From Bacteroides sp. (GTDB lineage Bacteria; Bacteroidota; Bacteroidia; Bacteroidales; GCA-2748055), in NCBI GenBank assembly GCA_011056635.1, contig DSEO01000153.1:7563-71562 (forward strand): a DNA stretch of 64,000 nucleotides. The letters run 5' to 3'. Position numbers and translations under genes: made by a program. The first letter of the stretch is position 1; each line of letters begins with the position of its first letter. Below, one piece after another: positions 35,876 through 43,877 of this stretch. Below the pieces are notes generated by a model. It was given only the letters and a program-made list of their open reading frames with translations. It was not told where the DNA came from and made no database searches.

Positions 35876-36013
35876 GTCTTTGTCCATCCAGACATTTGAA
35901 TAGATGAATTTCAACTATTGATTTTTATTATTAAATTGTGAGGCGATAACTGATCCTTGTGAAACGTGCGATAACTTTCCACAAAACGAAATCTAACTAA
36001 ATTCTTAGGTATT

Positions 36014-37498
36014 ATGAGCAAAGAAAACGGAAGCGGTATTTCCAGAAGAAGATTTCTCGGAACCACGGCCGCTGCAACTGCAGGATTCACCATCATCCCA
36101 AGTCACGTTGTCAGCGGACTGGGATACACTCCTCCCAGTGATAAGCTGAACATCGCCGGGGTCGGCGTCGGGGGAATGGGACGCAGCAATCTCAGGGCCA
36201 TCAGGGACCAGAACATTGTAGCCCTGTGTGACGTGGACTGGAAATACGCCAAAACCTGTTTTGATGATTACCCGAATGCAAAAAAGTACTGGGACTGGAG
36301 GAAGATGTATGACGAAATGGGTAAATCCATCGATGCCGTGGTGGTGGCTACGGCCGACCATACCCATGCACTCGTGGCATCCCACGGGATGACCATGGGC
36401 ATGCACATGTATGTGCAGAAGCCCCTCACCCACTCGGTTTACGAATCCAGGCTGCTGACCAGGCTGGCCGATAAATACCAGGTGGCCACTTCCATGGGCA
36501 ACCAGGGTTCTTCCGGGGAAGGGGTCAACCTGATCGTGGAATGGATCCTGAACGGTGAGATCGGCGAAGTGAGGAAGGTGGAAGCATTCACCGACCGTCC
36601 CATCTGGCCGCAGGGACTGAATGTGCCCAAGGAGAAAATGAAGGTGCCCAAAACCCTGGACTGGGACCTGTTTACCGGTCCCGCCGTCATGAACGACTAC
36701 CATGAGATTTATACCCCCTGGAACTGGCGCGGATGGTGGGATTACGGAACCGGGGCACTCGGCGACATGGCCTGTCATATTCTGCACCCCGTTTTCGTAG
36801 GGCTGCAGCTGAAGTATCCCACCAAAGTACAGGGAAGCTCCACGCTGCTGCTGACCAAATGCGCACCCAATGCACAGATGGTCAGACTGACTTACCCCGA
36901 ACGCAAGCCTGCTCCCAGGGTGAAGTTCCCCGAAGTGGAGGTCACATGGTATGACGGCGGACTGCAGCCTATGAAGCCCAAGTGGTGGCCCGAAGGAAGG
37001 GATATGAATGATGCCGGCGGCGGTGTGCTTTTCCACGGATCCAAAGACACCCTTATCTGCGGATGTTACGGGAAAGACCCGTGGCTGCTTTCAGGCAGGG
37101 TCCCCGATGCCCCGAAGGTAAGGCGCCGCGTGGAAACCAGTCATGAGATGGACTGGGTCAGGGCCTGCAAGGAGAGTCCCGAAAACCGGGTCCAGACGGC
37201 ATCTCCCTTCAGTGAAGCGGGACCTTTCAATGAAATGGTGGTGATGGGGGTCAACGCGGTCCGTCTCCAGGGCCTGAACAAGGAACTGGAATGGGACGGC
37301 GAGAAGATGGAGTTCACCAATATCTCCGGCAGTGAAGAATTGCGCGTCTGCGTGGAGGATGGATTCTACATTGAAGATGGTAATCCCACCTTCGATAAAA
37401 CCTGGACCGAGCCTTTTTCGGCCAAAGCATTCGCCGAGGAACTGGTCAGGCATACACCGAGAGAAGGCAACTGGGAACTTCCCGGCATGCCTGCCTGA
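36014..37498 (+). CDS. Gfo/Idh/MocA-family oxidoreductase, TAT exported
   Basis: N-terminus MSKENGSGISRRRFLGTTAAATAGF. Rossmann start LNIAGVGVGGMG. It appears to be a paralogue of 11443-12954 (similar length and N-terminal layout). Confidence 0.8.
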   Translation: MSKENGSGISRRRFLGTTAAATAGFTIIPSHVVSGLGYTPPSDKLNIAGVGVGGMGRSNLRAIRDQNIVALCDVDWKYAKTCFDDYPNAKKYWDWRKMYDEMGKSIDAVVVATADHTHALVASHGMTMGMHMYVQKPLTHSVYESRLLTRLADKYQVATSMGNQGSSGEGVNLIVEWILNGEIGEVRKVEAFTDRPIWPQGLNVPKEKMKVPKTLDWDLFTGPAVMNDYHEIYTPWNWRGWWDYGTGALGDMACHILHPVFVGLQLKYPTKVQGSSTLLLTKCAPNAQMVRLTYPERKPAPRVKFPEVEVTWYDGGLQPMKPKWWPEGRDMNDAGGGVLFHGSKDTLICGCYGKDPWLLSGRVPDAPKVRRRVETSHEMDWVRACKESPENRVQTASPFSEAGPFNEMVVMGVNAVRLQGLNKELEWDGEKMEFTNISGSEELRVCVEDGFYIEDGNPTFDKTWTEPFSAKAFAEELVRHTPREGNWELPGMPA

Positions 37499-37532
37499 TG
37501 GGACCGCAAAAAAAGTTGAACCTTAAATACGC

Positions 37533-38327
37533 ATGAAAATGAAGCAAAAGAATATTCTGATTTTTATCTCAGCACTGCTGATCGGCGGTCTTGCCGCCTG
37601 TACTTCTTCGGGAAAAAAGGACAGTGAAGCCGAATCGGCCGAAGAGGTGAAGGCAACTCCCAATACCCTGAGCGACCAGGAAAAGGAAGAGGGCTGGATG
37701 TTGCTTTTCGACGGGGAAACCACCGAAGGCTGGCGGGGTTATAACATGGAAGCATTTCCCGACACAGGCTGGGCCATCGAGAACGGGGCCATCAAGTGCT
37801 CTGAGTCGGGCATGGGGGAAGCCGGATTCGGAGGTGATATCATCTATGACAAAAAGTTTACCAATTTCCATCTGAAACTTGACTGGATGATCTCGGAGGG
37901 TGGCAACTCGGGCATTTTTTTCCTGGTGCAGGAGATCCCGGACAAAAATATCTGGTACACCGCCCCGGAGTACCAGATCCTGGACAACTGCAGCAACCAC
38001 ATTGACAATACGCTGGGTGTGAACGGTAACCGGAGGGCCGGCAGCCTGTATGACCTGATCCCGCCGGAGCCCCAGAATGCAAAATGTGCCGATGAGTGGA
38101 ACCAATCGGAGATCATCGTTTACGAAGGAACCGTCGTTTTCCGGATGAATGGTGAAAATACCATGGAGTTCCACCTCTGGACCGACGAGTGGAACAAGAT
38201 GATCGAAGAAAGTAAGTTCCCGGATTTCAACCCAGATTTTGCCCGTGTGGCCAAAACCGGCTACATCGGCCTCCAGGACCACGGGCATGCCGTGTGGTTC
38301 CAAAACATCAAGATCAAGGAGCTCTGA
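37533..38327 (+). CDS. DUF1080 (3-keto-disaccharide hydrolase-like, PF06439) lipoprotein
   Basis: Lipobox LIGGLAAC. Typical motifs LFDGETTEGWRGY, GNSGIFF and the C-terminal GYIGLQDHGHAVWFQNIKIKEL. Confidence 0.8.
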   Translation: MKMKQKNILIFISALLIGGLAACTSSGKKDSEAESAEEVKATPNTLSDQEKEEGWMLLFDGETTEGWRGYNMEAFPDTGWAIENGAIKCSESGMGEAGFGGDIIYDKKFTNFHLKLDWMISEGGNSGIFFLVQEIPDKNIWYTAPEYQILDNCSNHIDNTLGVNGNRRAGSLYDLIPPEPQNAKCADEWNQSEIIVYEGTVVFRMNGENTMEFHLWTDEWNKMIEESKFPDFNPDFARVAKTGYIGLQDHGHAVWFQNIKIKEL

Positions 38328-38358
38328 CAAGGGATTGCGGTTCGGGAAACCATAACTC

Positions 38359-38435
38359 CCGGAGGCATCTCCAACCGCTGCTGAAATTCTTTTCTGCGAA
38401 AATAATTGTAGGCAGCTTATCGGAGATGCCTCCGG
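38359..38435. other. 77-nt rod-like hairpin (14-bp perfect outer stem) in a 431-bp non-coding gap
   Basis: CCGGAGGCATCTCC (38359-38372) pairs with GGAGATGCCTCCGG (38422-38435). Inner pairings are GCTGC/GCAGC (38377-81 / 38412-16) and ATTCTTTTC/GAAAATAAT. Confidence 0.7.
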
Positions 38436-38691
38436 AAGCAATATCCTGACGCAGATGCGGGCATCGCTGCCTGAACTGGTGCGAAGCAGCAGGTTTCGCA
38501 GCGATACCGTATACTGCGGAAGGCACGGCCACCAGGACATGAACGGCTTTCAGGTCGGGACCATATAACTCCTTTCAGTCCGTGATATAGTGTCCCTTCC
38601 CCTGAAATCCGTTCCTGTAGAATCCATCCGCAATGAAAGGTACAGGCCCATCTGAGAGGGGTTTATCCTGTGCGGAACCGGGAATAAGCCG

Positions 38692-38746
38692 CCTGACGGG
38701 CCGGACCGAAGGGAGGTTCGTAGCGGCGGTTACCGGTTCCGTCAGG
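38692..38746 (-). terminator. Possible terminator hairpin 13 nt downstream of the nagB-like stop
   Basis: CCTGACGG (38692-99) / CCGTCAGG (38739-46), with inner CCGG/CCGG and ACCG/CGGT pairings. The U-tract on the minus-sense RNA is weak (CUUAUU). Confidence 0.4.
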
Positions 38747-38758
38747 AACAATACCAGC

Positions 38759-41080
38759 TCAGAGGACCACGCCTTCCATGGACTTCTCCAGTGCACGCGC
38801 GTGGGTAAGGAATTCTTCCAGGGTCATCTCTTTGTAGAAAAGCAGCCCGTGGGTGGTCCTGACGCGGGGACTTTCATGTTGGTAGAAATAGTTCTTGCCC
38901 AGGAGCAGCTGCATCATTTTCAGCTGTTCCACCCAGATCCTTTTGGTAAGATCGCTGAATTTCCCGTCATGCTGGTAACTGGGGAAGGAAGCATCCACCT
39001 GGCTCAGGTAACTGTTTGTGAAAGCATCGTCCATCACTCCCATGGCATTCAGTGATACCGGTACAATGCGGTTGGCCTCTGCCGGATGGAACCGGTACCA
39101 TACATTCCTGTAGCCCCAGATCCTCAGGCCTGAGAGATCTTTTTCCCTGCTCCACAGCTTCAGGGCCTCGGCAATGACCTGGAGGACTTTGTAATGGGTA
39201 TCCGGACCGCTGCCTTCCGGGTCAAAAGCCAGGCTGACAATGGTGGGACTGATCTCGCGCAGCTGTGCCAGAATGGGCTGCACATCCCTTTCACGGTTCG
39301 GCTGCTCCGTAAAAACATCTCCCGTATAGAAACCCAGACGCATGTGGTGCACATTGCGGGACTGGATCCCGAAGCAGGCCCATACCAGTTCTTCCTCGAA
39401 TTCACGCACCATGCCTTTCAGCTTCTGGATATCAGGCAGGTTGATCTCGCCGTCATAGCTTTTTTTCAGGATCATCAGGATGTTGTTGATCTCATCCCTC
39501 AGCTGGTCCGCATTCTTCACCCCGTACAGGCCGACAATATCGCGCACCAGCCTGTGGGCCAGGCCGCGCCTGAGCTCATAATCCTCCCCCGAGGCCACTT
39601 TGAGAAGGTAATGGTTTACATCTTTGTCCCGTTTATACTTGTACCCGGTTTCAAAAAAATCCGGGTACCGGGTCATCTGGATCAGTCCCACATCCAGAAA
39701 ATGCCTGGTATCTTCCAGGGCTTCGATGATGAATTTGTTGGTCACCGCCGTAAATCCCGAAGTGAGGATCGAGAAAAAATTCGCGTTGGTCTCATTCCGC
39801 ATGAGCCGGTGGATATGCGGAAGCAGCCCCAGCATGATGTCGTCATGGTGGGGCCCCGTGTGGTAAAGAACCTGGCTTGTTTCGGTAAACATACCCTTCT
39901 CGAACCTTTCAATAGCGGACCGGATCACGGAAGGAACCGTATGCTCATCCAGTCCGGGGATCATCCTGCAGTACCGGTCCTCTTTCAAATCGCTCATGGT
40001 CAGATGGTGGCCGTATTTGGCCAGCTTCACACACAGATCGATGACAGCCCGGTCTGTTTTTTCCTGGGACCATTCTCCCTGGCTGTAGTAAGCATCCACG
40101 GATGACTGAAGGGATGAAGCGGCACCGGTGGTCAGGTAAAACCTTGCATGATCCAGCTTTGAAAGCGCACTGGCAGGATACAGGTTGGAAGGATTTTTCT
40201 CCAGCGCATCCCTCACCATGGGCGCCTTGGCCTCACCTGCAGCAAAAATAATGGCCACGGCTTCCGGATTGCAGGTAATGGTCTCCAGCCCGATGGTGAT
40301 CACCAGCCTGTTCCTGGAAACCTCGATGCCCCCCAGATCGGAGGCAGCCACCGCCTGGGTCTCGAAATTGGTCTCCGTCAACCTGGTGGTTGAAAAATGA
40401 TCCGATCCCCGGACATTGAAGGCAATATGGCCATCGGGACCAATGCCGCCCAGAAAAAAACCGATCCCTCCAAGCTCCCTGATCTTTTTCTCGTAATCGA
40501 CACACCAGTTATCGATGGAAAAGATGGAAGCCTGTTGCACTTTCTCAAACTGGCTTTTGGGCTCCCTGTACCTGAGGGTGAGGTCCACCCGGTTATCGGG
40601 GAACACCTCGGTAAAGTGACGGCCTTCAGCCAGGGGGATCTCATCTGAATTGATCAACAGTGCCCTTCGGGGATCCAGCCCGAACCCCCTGATATAATAT
40701 TTCATCACGTAATTGCAGAAACTGTTGTGCTGGCGGGAACTGATGGGATAAAATTCATCGATCTGTACAAACCGGAGCTTTCCCAGGGAAGGCTTGCCCA
40801 TCCGGCCAATCCCGTATTTGCTCCTCAGATCCCTGATCTTTCGGCTATCCCAGTGCTCCATCAGATAGGATGTCCATTTGATGAAATATTCGGGTGTTTT
40901 TCCGGTGGGCAGACTGATGATCCCTTCGGGATGCTCCCTGACCCACTCAAGGAACCTCAGGGCGGTAAAAAGTCCCAGCAGCGGAAAATTCTCCACCACG
41001 ATGTAAGGAATGCGGGTGTGCATAGCCTGTGAACCGGAAGTTTTATAGAACGCTGATTCTACTTTTGATATGAATTGCAT
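38759..41080 (-). CDS. nagB: Glucosamine-6-phosphate deaminase-like domain fused to an LmbE/PIG-L-type deacetylase-like domain (long Bacteroidota NagB form)
   Basis: NagB motif GIGPDGHIAFN in the N-terminal third. LmbE-type motif GPHHDDIMLG in the middle. The start could be 41080 or the Met at 41023. Confidence 0.7.
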   Translation of the reverse strand: MQFISKVESAFYKTSGSQAMHTRIPYIVVENFPLLGLFTALRFLEWVREHPEGIISLPTGKTPEYFIKWTSYLMEHWDSRKIRDLRSKYGIGRMGKPSLGKLRFVQIDEFYPISSRQHNSFCNYVMKYYIRGFGLDPRRALLINSDEIPLAEGRHFTEVFPDNRVDLTLRYREPKSQFEKVQQASIFSIDNWCVDYEKKIRELGGIGFFLGGIGPDGHIAFNVRGSDHFSTTRLTETNFETQAVAASDLGGIEVSRNRLVITIGLETITCNPEAVAIIFAAGEAKAPMVRDALEKNPSNLYPASALSKLDHARFYLTTGAASSLQSSVDAYYSQGEWSQEKTDRAVIDLCVKLAKYGHHLTMSDLKEDRYCRMIPGLDEHTVPSVIRSAIERFEKGMFTETSQVLYHTGPHHDDIMLGLLPHIHRLMRNETNANFFSILTSGFTAVTNKFIIEALEDTRHFLDVGLIQMTRYPDFFETGYKYKRDKDVNHYLLKVASGEDYELRRGLAHRLVRDIVGLYGVKNADQLRDEINNILMILKKSYDGEINLPDIQKLKGMVREFEEELVWACFGIQSRNVHHMRLGFYTGDVFTEQPNRERDVQPILAQLREISPTIVSLAFDPEGSGPDTHYKVLQVIAEALKLWSREKDLSGLRIWGYRNVWYRFHPAEANRIVPVSLNAMGVMDDAFTNSYLSQVDASFPSYQHDGKFSDLTKRIWVEQLKMMQLLLGKNYFYQHESPRVRTTHGLLFYKEMTLEEFLTHARALEKSMEGVVL

Positions 41081-41104
41081 ACGGCGGGTTTGTATCTGAT
41101 CTGT

Positions 41105-41866
41105 TCACATATAAAGCTCATCCAATTCTGTCATGGCAAGTTCCACCATCAGATCGGCAAGCTTGGCGGTCACCTCCTCAAAACATTTCCGGCCCTTTTC
41201 CCCGGTAGCCTTTCGGGGATCTCCGACCCCTGTATCATTCGTAGTACTGCTCCACTTCCTCTCGGCCCATGCCCAGGACTCATTCAGTGCCCGGACCCTG
41301 AATTTTTTCGCGGCTCCGCTCCCAGCCTCGGAAAGAGGCCGTACCAGGTCGGGCCGGATATGGAGCATCAGGCTGGTTTCCATTTCATCGGCATGGTCTC
41401 CTTCATGCTCGAACCACTCCTGCTTGTTCACCGACCGGAACCAGTTGCAGGTGGAGATGAACATCTCCGGGAACAGTCTCCCCACTTCCCTGATCATCTG
41501 CCTGAAATCATTGCCCCCGTGTCCGTTCACCACCAGCAGTTTATCAATGCCGTGACCGGCCAGGCTTTCCGCCAGATCGCCCAGGATGGCCATCTGCGTG
41601 CTCGGGTAAAGGTTCAGGGTCATTGCGATATCGGTCTGACCGGTGTTCACCCCCACCGGTATGGTGGGAAGGACAACCACCTTTGCGCCCCGCTCCCAGG
41701 CCACTTTTGCAGATTCGTACACAATGGCCTCCGATTCATAATTATCGGTGCCATACGGAAGGTGATAATTATGCGCCTCGGTGGCCCCCCAGGGCAGGAC
41801 CGCAAGCCGGTAATGCTCATCTTTTACTGTTTGCCAGCTGGTTTCAGCAAGAATATAAGGCCTCAT
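41105..41866 (-). CDS. Creatininase-family amidohydrolase
   Basis: 253 aa with WGATEAHNYHLPYGTD and VVNGHGGN, the metal-ligand motifs of the creatininase fold. No signal peptide. Confidence 0.75.
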   Translation of the reverse strand: MRPYILAETSWQTVKDEHYRLAVLPWGATEAHNYHLPYGTDNYESEAIVYESAKVAWERGAKVVVLPTIPVGVNTGQTDIAMTLNLYPSTQMAILGDLAESLAGHGIDKLLVVNGHGGNDFRQMIREVGRLFPEMFISTCNWFRSVNKQEWFEHEGDHADEMETSLMLHIRPDLVRPLSEAGSGAAKKFRVRALNESWAWAERKWSSTTNDTGVGDPRKATGEKGRKCFEEVTAKLADLMVELAMTELDELYM

Positions 41867-41950
41867 TTTTCTCGTGGAGTATGATAATCCGGTGAATAAC
41901 GGGTAAAATTAAAAAAAAACGGCACAAATAATGGGAAGACCGCCGGAGAA

Positions 41951-43114
41951 TCAATCCTGACGGAGGATCCGGCAGCGGGCATGGTATCTGTCCAGGATCT
42001 CCAGGGTCTCCCCTACGGGCAGGGCATCCATGCTTCTTCCGGACCGGCCCTCCATCGGGCCGGCCATGAACAGGGAATTGTAAATCGCTTCTTCGGTGGC
42101 TTCCACCACGGCCAGGAAGAGGGGTGACATGCGGTCGTTGCGGAGCCGCGGTCCCGACTGCTCGGCCTCACCCGACTGGTGGGGGATCCGCAACGCAGGA
42201 TGGGTACTGAACGCTATGGCATAATCGCCGCTCCCGTTGGAGGAAAATCCTCCGACCCTCCCGAAGGCCAGGAACGAGCGATCGCCCAGTCTTTCCAGGT
42301 TCCGGGATGAGAGCGGCGCATCGGTGGCGATGACGATCATGCATGAGCCGTCCACCTGGTATGGCACCCGTCCGGCCATGTAGTGATTTCCAAGCTCCTC
42401 TCCCACCGGTGCACCGTTGATGGTCAGGATCCCCCCGAAATTGGTCTGCACCAGCACCCCCACCGTATACCCTCCCATTTCCCCGGGCAGCACCCTGGAC
42501 GCGGTCCCTATCCCCCCTTTGAATCCCATACAGATCGTGCCTGTCCCTGCGCCCACGCAACCTTCAGTCACCGGTCCGGATCCGGCCGATGCAATGGCTT
42601 CGCGCACATGGGAAATGCGCACATGTCCCCCGCGAATATCATGCAACCACCCGTCGTTGGTCTCTCCTGCCAAAGGGTTGACCGACCGGACCTCTTCATT
42701 TCCGGGCAATGCAAGCATATACTGCACGAGTCCCTCTGCTGCCGTGAACACATCCAGTGTATTGGTCAGTGCAACCGGGGTTTCCAGGTTGCCCAGTTCC
42801 TTCACCTGGGTGAATCCGACAGCTTTCCCGAAACCATTTCCCACACTTACAGCCGCCGGCACCTTCTCCTGGAACAGGTTGCCATCGTGTGGGATGATCA
42901 CAGTCACCCCCGTCCTGACCGAATCACCTTCGATCAATGTCCGGTGACCCACCCTGACTCCCGCCACATCCGTAATGGCATTCCACTGACCGGGGGTTAG
43001 GATCCCCGGCTCGATCCCCAGTTCCCTGGCTCGTTGCCGGTCCTGGGAGAAGCATGTCAGGCTGCCAACCAGAAGGACCGGCCAGAAAACGGCCAGGAAT
43101 GGATGCATGTACAT
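41951..43114 (-). CDS. P1/S58 (DmpA/BapA-type) aminopeptidase family, with signal peptide
   Basis: N-terminal hydrophobic leader (FLAVFWPVLLVGSLTCFSQ). Family motifs NAITDVAGVRVGH and GAGTGTICMGFKGGIGTAS. Confidence 0.75.
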   Translation of the reverse strand: MYMHPFLAVFWPVLLVGSLTCFSQDRQRARELGIEPGILTPGQWNAITDVAGVRVGHRTLIEGDSVRTGVTVIIPHDGNLFQEKVPAAVSVGNGFGKAVGFTQVKELGNLETPVALTNTLDVFTAAEGLVQYMLALPGNEEVRSVNPLAGETNDGWLHDIRGGHVRISHVREAIASAGSGPVTEGCVGAGTGTICMGFKGGIGTASRVLPGEMGGYTVGVLVQTNFGGILTINGAPVGEELGNHYMAGRVPYQVDGSCMIVIATDAPLSSRNLERLGDRSFLAFGRVGGFSSNGSGDYAIAFSTHPALRIPHQSGEAEQSGPRLRNDRMSPLFLAVVEATEEAIYNSLFMAGPMEGRSGRSMDALPVGETLEILDRYHARCRILRQD

Positions 43115-43118
43115 TTTT

Positions 43119-43877
43119 TCAGTTTTCAGGTTTCAGTTTTGAAGGATCGATACTGCGGATCAGTGCCCTGGCAAGGACCCTGGTCGGGTCGATAACCATC
43201 AGGCTTCCGGCTTCCTCCGCACTCACCGCCATGGGGATCTCGGTACATCCCAGAATCACCGCCTCCGCCCCATGCTTTTCGAGGTAAGCGATCCCGCTGA
43301 GAAGATTTTCCCTGGCCCTGGGGTGGACGGGATCCGGGCAGGATTTGATCCCGTATTCCGGATCGTATATGGCGGGATGGATCAATCTTTCCTGCAACTC
43401 AGGAGCAGGCAGAACGACCTGGTATCCCATATTCTCCAGTGCTTTCGCGTACACCCCGCTCCGATAGGTCCCGGTAGTGGAAAGCACACCGATGCTGGAA
43501 AGCCCGGGGTAAGTTTTTGCCAGGTAAACAATGGTTTCGTCGATCATATGAAGCAGCCTGATGCGGCTGGCGCTTGCCTGCAGCCTGTCAAGGATCACCC
43601 CGAAGATCTTTTCTGCATGTGCGGTGTTGCAGGGGATGCCCGCAACCGTTGCACCGGCCGCTTCCAACCGGATCAGTACCTCTGCAATGACCACACCGGG
43701 ATTTACCCCGGTCTTTCCCAGCAAATATGCGGTACGGTCCGGGATCCCGGAAGGCAGGGAGAAAAGCAGGGTGTCCAGATGCTCCTGGTCGTTTCCCGCC
43801 ACGGTATTGTCAAGCACTTTGCGCAACAGGTCAAGTCCGGCATAAGGCCCTGTGCCCCCCACAATCCCGATCATCAT
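43119..43877 (-). CDS. Aspartate/glutamate-type amino-acid racemase family
   Basis: IGIVGGTGPYAG at the N-terminus and both catalytic-Cys contexts (IPCNTAH and LGCTEIP). The start overlaps the lacI stop by 4 nt (ATGA). Confidence 0.8.
   Translation of the reverse strand: MMIGIVGGTGPYAGLDLLRKVLDNTVAGNDQEHLDTLLFSLPSGIPDRTAYLLGKTGVNPGVVIAEVLIRLEAAGATVAGIPCNTAHAEKIFGVILDRLQASASRIRLLHMIDETIVYLAKTYPGLSSIGVLSTTGTYRSGVYAKALENMGYQVVLPAPELQERLIHPAIYDPEYGIKSCPDPVHPRARENLLSGIAYLEKHGAEAVILGCTEIPMAVSAEEAGSLMVIDPTRVLARALIRSIDPSKLKPEN

Noticed and set aside
19217-36013. Considered calling the AT-richer block a mobile element or genomic island sensu stricto.
   Set aside because: No integrase, transposase, relaxase, flanking tRNA gene or flanking direct repeats could be found in or next to the block. 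Only the compositional anomaly is reported.
38328-38758. Tested the idea that the 431-nt structured gap is RNase P RNA, SRP (4.5S) RNA or tmRNA.
   Set aside because: Neither strand has the RNase P universal blocks (GGAAAGTCCGG, ACAGAAnCCGGCTTA). There is no SRP helix-8 GGAAGCAGC-type motif and no tRNA-like acceptor/T-arm end. The gap is kept only as an unexplained structured region.
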